From NCBI RefSeq assembly GCF_004765795.1, contig NZ_SBIV01000002.1:496001-560000 (forward strand): a DNA stretch of 64,000 nucleotides, written 5' to 3'. The notes beneath the pieces are model-generated. The model saw nothing but the letters and a program-made list of their open reading frames with translations. It did no database searches and was not told where the DNA came from. The stretch comes from Halorussus marinus (lineage in GTDB: Archaea; Halobacteriota; Halobacteria; Halobacteriales; Haladaptataceae). Position 1 is the first letter of the stretch. Each line of letters opens with the position of its first letter. Of this stretch, positions 38,729 to 47,432 are shown in pieces. The position numbers and the translations under genes were made by a program.

Positions 38729-39235
38729 CTATTCTACGCGAAACTCCTCGATCACCGAGCCGTCCCGGTGGCGGATCTCGCCGTCGAGCCCGCCGTCGGC
38801 GGGCCGGAGCTCGGCGTGGGTCGGGAGACCGCCCCGCGGGCGAGCGTGACTGCCGGGGTTGAGCAAGAGCACCTCGTCGGCCTCGGAGACCGCGTGGCGA
38901 TGCGAGTGGCCGAACACGACCACGTCGGCGGCCTGCTGGCGTCCGAGCAACGAGAGGCCGGTCGCCCCGCGGTCGTCGCCGTGGGTCAGGACGAACCGGA
39001 CGCCCTCGGCCTCGAAGGTGCGCTCTGCGGGCAGGCGATCGCGGACCCCCGGCGCGGCGTTGTTGCCGTAGACGCCGTGGAGGCGATCGCTGGCGGCCTC
39101 GAAGGCGTCGAGGGCCGCCTCGTTCAGGAAGTCCCCGGCGTGGACGACGAGGTCGGCGGCCTCGACCGCCTCGGCGGCGCGTCCGGTCAGTTCGTGGCCC
39201 GAGCGACTGTGGGTGTCCGAGACGACGGTTATCAT
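38729..39235 (-). CDS. YfcE/Vps29-type metallophosphoesterase
   Basis: SDTH, HAGD, GNN, THG, GHSH, NPGS. Confidence 0.9.
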   Translation of the reverse strand: MITVVSDTHSRSGHELTGRAAEAVEAADLVVHAGDFLNEAALDAFEAASDRLHGVYGNNAAPGVRDRLPAERTFEAEGVRFVLTHGDDRGATGLSLLGRQQAADVVVFGHSHRHAVSEADEVLLLNPGSHARPRGGLPTHAELRPADGGLDGEIRHRDGSVIEEFRVE

Positions 39236-39366
39236 GGGTCGACGTACGGGCGGACGGGTCCTGAGCGTTTCCGTCCGGACTCGCCGACCGTCGGTGCCGG
39301 CTCCCACCGCGTCTTCGGGGTCGGACTGCAACCAGATTCTTACCGCGCGCCAGAGAAGTGGGGACG

Positions 39367-40308
39367 ATGGCCGAAAGCAAATCTGTCGTCGTCGCCGCGC
39401 TGATAGCCAACGGAGCGATCGCCATCCTGAAGTTCGGTGGCTTTCTCCTGACAGGAAGCGCCGCGATGCTCTCGGAGACGTACCACTCGATCTCGGACAC
39501 GGGCAATCAGGTGTTTTTACTCGTCGGGCTCCGGTTCAGCGGCCGGGACGCCAGCCGCGGCCACCCCTTCGGCTACGGGAAAGCCGAGTTCTTCTACAGC
39601 TTTCTGGTGAGCGTGTTCCTGTTCGGCATCGCCGGGTGGGAGAGCGCCAAACACGGCTACGACGCCATCATGCACCCCCATCCGGTCGAGCAGGGGCCGG
39701 TGACCCTGCTCGGCGCGACGTTCCCGGCGGTCTGGGTCAACTACGCCGTCTTGGCCGGCGCGATCGCGTTCGAGAGCTACGCGCTCAAGAAGGCGTGGGA
39801 GGGGATGAACGCAGACATCGACCAGCACGGCTGGAGCGGGCTGGGCGAGGCGTTCCGGAAGACGAGCAACGTGACGACGCTGACCGCGTTCACCGAGGAC
39901 ACCATCGCGCTTGTCGGGGCGGGGCTCGCGCTGTTCGGGGTGTATCTCTCGAGAGCCACCGGGAACCCGCTGTACGACGCCGTCTCCGCGCTGTTGATCG
40001 GGCTCATGCTGATGGGCTTCGCGCTGGCGCTGGCGTGGGAGAACAAGCGCCTCCTGCTCGGCGAGAGCCTCCCGAAAGACGACGAGCGCGAACTCCGAGA
40101 CGTCATCGAAGGCTGGGACGGCGTCGACGGCATCGTCGACTTCCGGAGCGTCTACTTCGGGCCCGAGGAGGTGCTGATCGCGGCCGACGTCACCTTCGAG
40201 AACGGCTTCGACACGGGCGGGATGGACGACAGCATCACCGGACTGGAGGACGCGCTGAAGGAGGTGAACCCGAGTATCTTCAAGGTGTACATCGAGCCCG
40301 AGAGGTAG
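39367..40308 (+). CDS. cation diffusion facilitator transporter
   Basis: TGSAAMLSE..HS..D..NQ, HPFGYGK, EDT.A, LLLGES. Confidence 0.92.
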   Translation: MAESKSVVVAALIANGAIAILKFGGFLLTGSAAMLSETYHSISDTGNQVFLLVGLRFSGRDASRGHPFGYGKAEFFYSFLVSVFLFGIAGWESAKHGYDAIMHPHPVEQGPVTLLGATFPAVWVNYAVLAGAIAFESYALKKAWEGMNADIDQHGWSGLGEAFRKTSNVTTLTAFTEDTIALVGAGLALFGVYLSRATGNPLYDAVSALLIGLMLMGFALALAWENKRLLLGESLPKDDERELRDVIEGWDGVDGIVDFRSVYFGPEEVLIAADVTFENGFDTGGMDDSITGLEDALKEVNPSIFKVYIEPER

Positions 40309-40372
40309 CGCCCGACCCGGACTTCCGCCCCGGAGCGAGACTTTAAACCCCAAGCCCCGCAAATCCTCTCCC

Positions 40373-42553
40373 GTGGCAGAGACCAACGGGTACATGCGTT
40401 TTTTCCCCTACGAGGAGCCGTACGCCAACCAGCGCGAGGCGATGGACCGTATCTACAACGCCTTCGCCCGGGGTCAGGACGTGCTGTTCGAGGGGGCCTG
40501 CGGGACGGGCAAGACGCTGTCGTCGCTGGTGCCCGCGCTGGAGTACGCTCGCGAGGAGGACAAGACGGTGGTCATCACGACCAACGTCCACCAGCAGATG
40601 CGCCAGTTCGTCGAGGAGGCCCGCGAGATCACCACCGAGGAGTCGATCCGGGCGGTCGTCTTCCGGGGGAAGGGGTCGATGTGCCACATCGACGTGGGCT
40701 TCGAGGAGTGTCAGGTCCTGCGGGACAACACCTACGAAGTGGTCGACAAAGAGCGAGATCTGCGGGAGCTCGAAGCCCGCCAGGAGGAGCTACTCGAAGC
40801 GAGCCGGGAGGGCGACGACCGCGCCGCCGAGGCCCGGAGCGCGGTCATGGACGAGCTCGAGCAGGTCGAAGAGACCCTGGAGGGACTCGAAGACACGAAC
40901 ACCTGCGAGTACTACTACAACAACCTCGTCGGCGACAACGAGGCGTTCTACTCGTGGCTCTACGACGACGTGCGCACGCCCGACGACATCTACGACTACG
41001 CCGAGCGCCAGCACCTCTGTGGCTACGAGCTGCTGAAAGACGGCATGGAGGGGGTCGATCTGGTCGTCTGCAACTACCACCACCTCCTCGATCCGATGAT
41101 CCGCGAGCAGTTCTTCCGGTGGCTCGGCCGGGACCCCGAAGACGTCATCACCATCTTCGACGAGGCCCACAACGTCGAGGGGACCGCCCGCGAACACGCC
41201 AGTCGCACCCTCACGGAGAACACCCTCGACTCGGCGCTCGACGAGCTACAGGACTCGGACGACGCCCGGAGCGAGCCAGCCTACAACGTCATCGCGGCGT
41301 TCCGGCGCGCGCTCGAAGAGACCTACGAGGACGCGTTCGGATTTGGCGACCGCGAGGAGGTCGACGGCACCTGGGAGGACGTCTCCATCTCGAACGAGGA
41401 CAAACGCGACGACCTCACGCTCAACTTCCTCCAGCAGTACACCGGGAAGGGCATCGACACCGAGCTCGAACTCGCGGTCCACCTCGGGCGCGAACTCGAC
41501 GAGGAGTACGAGGAGGCGTACAAGGACGGCGAGGCGACCACCCGACAGGAGTGTCAGACCCTCCGGGCCGCCGAGTTCGTCCGGGAGTTCATGGACGAGA
41601 GCGCCGATCTGGGCCAGTATCCGGTGGTCTCGGTCCGGCGCGACGAGGCCACCGACGAGGTGTACGGTCGGGCGGAGCTGTACACCTGCATCCCGCGGGA
41701 AGTGACCGCGGAGCTGTTCTCGGAGGTGTACGCGACGGTGCTGATGAGCGCGACCCTCCGGCCGTTCGACGTACTCGGGGACGTGCTCGGGCTCGAAGAC
41801 CCCGTCTCGCTGGCCTACGGGCTCCAGTTTCCCGAGGAGAACCGCCGGACGTTCGCGGTCGAGAGCCCCGCGCTGTTTTCGAGCGAGCGCGACGACCCCG
41901 AGACCCAGGCCACGATCGCGGGCGTCCTCGAAGACGCCGTGGAGTTTACCGCCGGGAACAGCCTGCTTTTCTTCCCGAGCTACGCCGAGGCCGAGCGCTA
42001 CCACGAGCGCCTCGCCCGCGAAACCGACGCCGCCCTGTACATGGACGAGCCCGGCACGTCCGTCGAGGAGCTCCGCCGAGAGTTCGTCGACGACGACGGG
42101 GCGGCGCTTTTCACCTCGCTGTGGGGGACGCTGGCGGAGGGCGTGAGCTTCGACGGCGACGACGCCCGGACCGTGGTGGTGGTCGGGGTTCCGTACCCCC
42201 ATCTCAGCGACCGGATGGAGGCGGTCCAGGAGGCCTACGACCGGACGTTCGCCGACCGGTCGGGCCGCGATTCGGGGTGGGAGTACGCGGTCGAGATCCC
42301 GACGATCCGCAAGACCCGCCAAGCGCTCGGGCGCGTGATCCGGTCGCCCGAGGACTTCGGCGTCCGGGTGCTCGTCGACAAGCGCTACACCGAGGCGGGC
42401 CGGAGAGAGATGGGCAAGTACGGCGTCCGCGAGACGTTCCCGTCCGAAGAACGCGGCGAGATGATCGACATCGACCCCGAGAAACTGAAGTTCGCGATGC
42501 TGAACTTCTACGGTGACAGGGACGCGTGGGCGGGCGCGCCGCCGACGCCGTGA
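40373..42553 (+). CDS. Rad3/XPD-like ATP-dependent DNA helicase
   Basis: Q motif, GACGTGKT, DEAHN, MSATL, EGVSF, QALGRVIRS; GTG start 31 nt after TTTAAA. Confidence 0.92.
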   Translation: MAETNGYMRFFPYEEPYANQREAMDRIYNAFARGQDVLFEGACGTGKTLSSLVPALEYAREEDKTVVITTNVHQQMRQFVEEAREITTEESIRAVVFRGKGSMCHIDVGFEECQVLRDNTYEVVDKERDLRELEARQEELLEASREGDDRAAEARSAVMDELEQVEETLEGLEDTNTCEYYYNNLVGDNEAFYSWLYDDVRTPDDIYDYAERQHLCGYELLKDGMEGVDLVVCNYHHLLDPMIREQFFRWLGRDPEDVITIFDEAHNVEGTAREHASRTLTENTLDSALDELQDSDDARSEPAYNVIAAFRRALEETYEDAFGFGDREEVDGTWEDVSISNEDKRDDLTLNFLQQYTGKGIDTELELAVHLGRELDEEYEEAYKDGEATTRQECQTLRAAEFVREFMDESADLGQYPVVSVRRDEATDEVYGRAELYTCIPREVTAELFSEVYATVLMSATLRPFDVLGDVLGLEDPVSLAYGLQFPEENRRTFAVESPALFSSERDDPETQATIAGVLEDAVEFTAGNSLLFFPSYAEAERYHERLARETDAALYMDEPGTSVEELRREFVDDDGAALFTSLWGTLAEGVSFDGDDARTVVVVGVPYPHLSDRMEAVQEAYDRTFADRSGRDSGWEYAVEIPTIRKTRQALGRVIRSPEDFGVRVLVDKRYTEAGRREMGKYGVRETFPSEERGEMIDIDPEKLKFAMLNFYGDRDAWAGAPPTP

Positions 42554-42596
42554 CGGCGGGCGAGGACGCGTCGACCGCCCGCGAGCGAGTCGACGC

Positions 42597-43103
42597 TCAG
42601 GCGGGCAGGGAGAACTCGGTGACCGTCTCGGCGTACGTCGCATCCCACAACAGCAGTTTCGAGACGGTCCAGCTCACGGGCTCGACGTCGCGGGCGGCGA
42701 GGCGCTCGGCGTCGGCGACCGACCCGCCCCGCGCCAGCGTGACGTGCGGTGAGTAGTCCTCGCCCTCCAGATCTTCGATGGCCGAGAACGCCTCGACCAG
42801 CTGGTCGTGGAGCCGCCACAACCCGGGGCTCTCGACGTCGAAGTAGACGACCGGACCCTCACCCCGGGTCGGATACTCGAAGTAGTCGATGCCCGAGATC
42901 TGAATCTCGAAGGCGGGCGCGCCCGCGAGCGCTGTCCGGAGCTGTTCGCGCAGGCGCGGGACGCCGCCGGCGGGCGCGTCGCCGAGGCGCTTGCAGACGA
43001 GGGTGTGGTGGTCTCGGATCGCCTCGAAGCCGAGGAGCGCGGGCCGGAGCTCCTCGGCGAGGCGCTCGACCGACCCCGGAACCGGGACGCTGACGCTGTA
43101 CAC
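42597..43103 (-). CDS. 2H phosphoesterase (2'-5' RNA ligase family)
   Basis: HHTL and PHVTLAR HxT motifs; GTG start. Confidence 0.85.
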   Translation of the reverse strand: MYSVSVPVPGSVERLAEELRPALLGFEAIRDHHTLVCKRLGDAPAGGVPRLREQLRTALAGAPAFEIQISGIDYFEYPTRGEGPVVYFDVESPGLWRLHDQLVEAFSAIEDLEGEDYSPHVTLARGGSVADAERLAARDVEPVSWTVSKLLLWDATYAETVTEFSLPA

Positions 43104-43168
43104 GTCTCACACGTCGGTGAGCGTCGCACAAAGGAATAGCGGTTCGGACGGGTCGCTCGGAGTCGTGT

Positions 43169-43182
43169 CGAAAGAGTTTAAA
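43169..43182 (+). promoter_or_regulatory. BRE/TATA of the arg operon
   Basis: CGAAAGAG-TTTAAA; TATA starts 31 nt before ATG 43208. Confidence 0.7.
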
Positions 43183-43207
43183 CCCCTTGGGGCTGTTGTA
43201 ACTGGTA

Positions 43208-43300
43208 ATGACGCGGACTCGCGGCTCGGGCGCGCTCGCCCTCTCCGAGAGCCGCGAGTCCGTCACCGCCTTCGCGCCGCGACGACCGGGGCGTCTTTAG
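43208..43300 (+). CDS. putative arg operon leader peptide (30 aa, absent from ORF track)
   Basis: MTRTRGSGALALSESRESVTAFAPRRPGRL*; ATG at leaderless distance from TATA; 6 Arg. Confidence 0.55.
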   Translation: MTRTRGSGALALSESRESVTAFAPRRPGRL

Positions 43301-43404
43301 CCCCACTACTACTTACTCCACCGATCTGACGGCGTTTCGCTTCCGAGGCGGCCGGTATCGTCCGTAAACTACCAGTCACAGACACACACACCACACACCC
43401 ATAC

Positions 43405-44658
43405 ATGTCAGGAACATCCAAAGTCGCGCTCGCCTTCTCGGGCGGGCTCGACACCACCGTTTGCGTCCCACTGCTCGAAGAGGAGTACGACTACGACGAA
43501 GTAATCGGCGTCACCGTCGACGTCGGCCAGCCCGCCGGGGAGTTCGACGAGGCCGAGGAGACCGCCGAGGCGCTCGGGCTCGACCACTACGTCGTCGACG
43601 CCAAGGCCGAGTTCGCCGACCTCTGTCTCGACGCGGTCACCGCCAACGCGACCTACCAGACCTACCCGCTCGGGACCGCGCTGGCGCGTCCGATCATCGC
43701 CGAGGCGATCCTCGGCGTCGCCGAGGACGAGGGCTGTGACGCCGTCGCCCACGGCTGTACCGGGAAGGGCAACGACCAGCTCCGGTTCGAGGCCGTCTGG
43801 CGCGACTCGGACCTCGAAGTGATCGCGCCGGTCCGCGAACTCGGGCTCACCCGCGAGTGGGAGATGGAGTACGCCGACGAGAAGGGCCTGCCCGTCGAGG
43901 GCGGCAACGAGGGCGACTGGTCGATCGACACCAACCTCTGGAGCCGGTCGGTCGAGGGCGCGAACCTCGAAGACCCCGGCTACGTCCCGCCCGAGGACAT
44001 CTACGAGTGGACCGACACGCCCGGCGGGAAGGACGTCGAGACGATCGAGCTCACGTTCGAGGACGGCTACCCCGTCGCGCTCGACGGCCAGGAGATCGAC
44101 CCGGTCGAGCTGATCGAGACGCTCAACGACCTCGCGGGGAGCCACGGCGTGGGTCGGACCGACATGATGGAAGACCGCATGCTCGGGCTGAAGGTGCGCG
44201 AGAACTACGAACACCCCGCGGCGACGACACTTCTCAACGCCCACGAGGCCCTCGAAGGGCTGGTGCTCACCAAAGAGGAACGCGAGTTCAAACAACAGGT
44301 CGACCACCAGTGGGCCGAGAAGGCCTATCAGGGACTGCTGTCGGCGCCGCTCGTGGACGCGCTCGACGGGTTCGTCGCACAGACCCAGACGAAGGTCACC
44401 GGCACCGTCACGGTGAAGTTCGAGGGCGGGCAGGCGCGCCCGGTCGGTCGCGAGAGCGAGTACGCGGTGTACTCCGAATCGGCCGCCTCGTTCAACACCG
44501 AGTCGGTCGACGGGATCGCCCAAGAGGACGCGACCGGCGTGGCGAAGTACCACGGCTTCCAGTCGCGGCTCGCGAACGAGGTGACCGCCGACGCCGAGGC
44601 GAAGAAGGCCGAACTGCTCGCCGACGGGAACGGCGAGGCGACCGAGGAGGACCAGTAG
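43405..44658 (+). CDS. argG: argininosuccinate synthase
   Basis: LAFSGGLDT, YPLGTALARP, HGCTGKGNDQ.RFE, S.D.NLW.RS.E. Confidence 0.97.
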   Translation: MSGTSKVALAFSGGLDTTVCVPLLEEEYDYDEVIGVTVDVGQPAGEFDEAEETAEALGLDHYVVDAKAEFADLCLDAVTANATYQTYPLGTALARPIIAEAILGVAEDEGCDAVAHGCTGKGNDQLRFEAVWRDSDLEVIAPVRELGLTREWEMEYADEKGLPVEGGNEGDWSIDTNLWSRSVEGANLEDPGYVPPEDIYEWTDTPGGKDVETIELTFEDGYPVALDGQEIDPVELIETLNDLAGSHGVGRTDMMEDRMLGLKVRENYEHPAATTLLNAHEALEGLVLTKEEREFKQQVDHQWAEKAYQGLLSAPLVDALDGFVAQTQTKVTGTVTVKFEGGQARPVGRESEYAVYSESAASFNTESVDGIAQEDATGVAKYHGFQSRLANEVTADAEAKKAELLADGNGEATEEDQ

Positions 44659-44659
44659 C

Positions 44660-46168
44660 ATGACGGAGGAGAGCGAGCCCGGAGCGGGCGACGACCCGGA
44701 GCGCGCCGGCGCGGACGACGTGGTGCGCCGCGAGCGCTTCAGCGGCGGCCCCGCCCGCGGGTTCCTCTCCTCGATGGACGACGACGAACGCATCTTCGCG
44801 GCCGACCTCGCGGTCGACCGCGCCCACGTCGTGATGCTCGCCGAACAGGGTATCGTCGACGAGGAGGCGGCCGGGACGATCCTCGCCGCGGTCGACGACG
44901 TGGCGGCGGCCGGCTTCGACGCCTTGCCCGACGGCGAAGACGTTCACGCCGCGATCGAGACCGCGGTCATCGACCGGGTCGGCGACGTCGGCGGGAAGAT
45001 GCACACCGCCCGGTCGCGCAACGACGAGGTCGCGACCTGCATCCGGTACCGCCTGCGCGAGGACGTCCTCGACGCGATCGAGACGACGCTCGCGCTCCGG
45101 GAGGCGCTCGCCGACGCCGCGGGCCGTCACGCCGAGACCGTGATGCCCGGCTACACCCACCTCCAGCCCGCCCAGCCAACCACCGTGGGCCACTTCCTGC
45201 TGTCGTACGAGGGGGCGGTCGCCCGCGACACCGAGCGGCTGTTCGACGCCTACGACCGCGTGAACCGCTCGCCGCTGGGTTCGGCGGCGTTCGCGGGCAC
45301 GCCCTTCGACGTCGACCGGGAGCGGACCGCCGACCTGCTCGGCTTCGAGGGGACGGTCGCGAACTCGATGGACGCGGTCTCGACCCGCGACTTCCTCGTG
45401 GAGGTCGTCGCCGCACTCGCGAACCTCGCCGCCACGGTGTCGGGGCTCGCCGAGGACCTCGCGGTGTTCTCGAACAAGGGGCTCGTCGAACTGTCGGACG
45501 ACTACTCGTCGACCTCCTCGATCATGCCCCAGAAGAAAAACCCCGACACGCTCGAACTCGTGCGGGCGACCGCCGGCGACGCCGCGGCCGGGCTGAACGG
45601 CCTGCTGACGACGCTGAAGGGACTTCCCCGGGCGTACAACCGCGACCTCCAGAAGGCGACCCCCCACGCGTGGGACGCCGTCGACGCGGTGACCGAGGCG
45701 GTCGAGGTCGCGGCCGGCGCCGCGGCGACCGCGACGTGGGACGAGGCGGCGCTCGCGGACGCGGCCGGCGAGGGCTTCTCGACCGCGACCGGGGTCGCCG
45801 ACCTGCTGGCGATGCAGGGCGTCCCGTTCCGGAAGGCCCACGAGATGGTCGCGAACGCCGCCCAGCGCGCGGGAGACGCCTCCGAGAACGGGGCGGACTA
45901 CGCCGCGCTCGACGCCGCCGCCGAGTCGGTGCTCGGCGAGTCGCTCGATACCTACGTCGACCGCGAGTCGGTCGAGGCCGCGCTCGACCCCGAGGCCAGC
46001 GCGGCGGCCCGCGACTCGGCCGGCGGTCCCGCGCCCGAGGCGGTCGCGACCGTGCGCTCGGACGCCGAGGCGAGCGTCGAGGCGGACGCCGACGCGCTCG
46101 CGGCCGAACGCGACGCGCTGGCGAGCGCCGACGAGCGCCTCCGGACGGAGGTGAGTCGATATGACTGA
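44660..46168 (+). CDS. argH: argininosuccinate lyase
   Basis: EDVH, HTARSRND, MPGYTHLQ.AQP, SSIMPQKKNPD. Confidence 0.97.
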   Translation: MTEESEPGAGDDPERAGADDVVRRERFSGGPARGFLSSMDDDERIFAADLAVDRAHVVMLAEQGIVDEEAAGTILAAVDDVAAAGFDALPDGEDVHAAIETAVIDRVGDVGGKMHTARSRNDEVATCIRYRLREDVLDAIETTLALREALADAAGRHAETVMPGYTHLQPAQPTTVGHFLLSYEGAVARDTERLFDAYDRVNRSPLGSAAFAGTPFDVDRERTADLLGFEGTVANSMDAVSTRDFLVEVVAALANLAATVSGLAEDLAVFSNKGLVELSDDYSSTSSIMPQKKNPDTLELVRATAGDAAAGLNGLLTTLKGLPRAYNRDLQKATPHAWDAVDAVTEAVEVAAGAAATATWDEAALADAAGEGFSTATGVADLLAMQGVPFRKAHEMVANAAQRAGDASENGADYAALDAAAESVLGESLDTYVDRESVEAALDPEASAAARDSAGGPAPEAVATVRSDAEASVEADADALAAERDALASADERLRTEVSRYD

Positions 46169-46279
46169 TCCGCCGCCGGTCCCGTCCGGGACCTCATTTA
46201 TATACCGACGGAGCCGACTATCGGGCTTCGACTGACCGAGATTCGAGCGCTTCACGCCGTTAGCGTCGCCTTTACTCTA

Positions 46280-46314
46280 TGTAATACAATTTACAGATTC
46301 GACGGGTTTAAGTA
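46280..46314 (+). promoter_or_regulatory. internal lysW promoter with upstream palindrome
   Basis: TGTAA-TACAAT-TTACA at 46280-46295; TTTAAGTA at 46307-46314, 33 nt before the lysW ATG. Confidence 0.6.
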
Positions 46315-46339
46315 TACGTACGGGGTACGAAGGGGTACG

Positions 46340-46504
46340 ATGACAGAGTGCGTCGAGTGCGGGGCGGACGTCGCCCTACACGATTCGGCAGAAGTGGGAG
46401 AGATAGTCGACTGCACGACCTGTGGCGCCGAACTCGAAATCGTCGAGCGAGCCCCGCCAGTCCTCGATCGAGCCCCGGAGCTCGAAGAGGACTGGGGGGA
46501 GTAA
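46340..46504 (+). CDS. lysW: amino-group carrier protein LysW/ArgW (absent from ORF track, 54 aa)
   Basis: Manual translation MTECVECG...DCTTCGAELE...ELEEDWGE; C-terminal EDWGE signature. Confidence 0.96.
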   Translation: MTECVECGADVALHDSAEVGEIVDCTTCGAELEIVERAPPVLDRAPELEEDWGE

Positions 46505-46505
46505 A

Positions 46506-47432
46506 TTGCGCGTCGGACTGCTTTACTCCCGGATCCGTAAAGACGAGAAGCTCCTCCTCGGCGAGCTGCGCGAGCGCGGCCACGAGGTGACGAAGATCGA
46601 CGTGCGCGACCACCAGTTCGGGCTCGAGGAAGGCCCCGACGAGCTCACCGAGTGTGACGTCGTCGTCGACAGGTGTCTGGCTACCAGCCGGAGCCTCTAC
46701 GCCACGAAGTTCTGCGAGGCGTACGGCGTGCCCGTGGTCAACGACCCGGCGACCGCCGAGACGTGCGCCGACAAGGTGAAAAACAGCCTCGCGCTGTCGA
46801 GCGCGGGCGTCCCCACGCCGAACACCGACGTCGCGTTCACCAAGGAGTCGGCGATCGAGAGCATCGAGGCGTTTGGCTACCCCTGCGTGCTCAAGCCCGT
46901 GGTCGGGTCGTGGGGGCGCCTGATGGCGAAGGTCGACTCCCGGAGCGCCGCCGAGGCGATCCTCGAACACAAGGCGACGTTGGGCCACTACGAGCACAAG
47001 GTGTTCTACGTCCAGGAGTTCGTCGAAAAGCCCGGTCGGGACATCCGCGTGCTCGCGACCGACGGCGAGCCCGTCGCCGCGATGGTCCGGTCGTCGGACC
47101 ACTGGCTCACCAACGCCGCGAAGGGCGCCGAGACCGAGGCGTTCGAGCTCGACGCAGAGGCCGAGGAGCTGGTCGCGGCGGCCAGCGACGCGGTCGGGGG
47201 CGGCCTGCTCGGGGTCGATCTGATGGAGGTCGGCGATAGCGAGGCGGCGAGCGCCCCGGAGGAGCCGAGCGGCGACGCCGCGGAGCCGAGAGACGCCAGC
47301 TACACCGTCCACGAGGTCAACCACACCGTCGAGTTCAAGGCGCTGAACGACGCCGTCGACGTCGACGTGCCCGGCGCGGTCGTCGACTGGCTCGAAGCGA
47401 AGGCGGGCGCGAAACAGGAGGTGGTGGCCTGA
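46506..47432 (+). CDS. argX: glutamate--LysW ligase (ArgX/LysX, ATP-grasp)
   Basis: YSRIRKDEKLL, KPVVGSWGRL, YVQEFV.KPGRDIR, W.TN.A.G, EVNHT.EFK; TTG start. Confidence 0.92.
   Translation: MRVGLLYSRIRKDEKLLLGELRERGHEVTKIDVRDHQFGLEEGPDELTECDVVVDRCLATSRSLYATKFCEAYGVPVVNDPATAETCADKVKNSLALSSAGVPTPNTDVAFTKESAIESIEAFGYPCVLKPVVGSWGRLMAKVDSRSAAEAILEHKATLGHYEHKVFYVQEFVEKPGRDIRVLATDGEPVAAMVRSSDHWLTNAAKGAETEAFELDAEAEELVAAASDAVGGGLLGVDLMEVGDSEAASAPEEPSGDAAEPRDASYTVHEVNHTVEFKALNDAVDVDVPGAVVDWLEAKAGAKQEVVA

Noticed and set aside
40373..43103. Helicase plus 2H phosphoesterase as a defence module
   Set aside because: Convergent orientation, core-like composition, and no nuclease or island context.
33849..43405. 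Functional link between tRNA-Arg(UCU) and the arg operon
   Set aside because: About 9 kb apart with unrelated genes between; the leader ORF uses CGN codons, not AGA.
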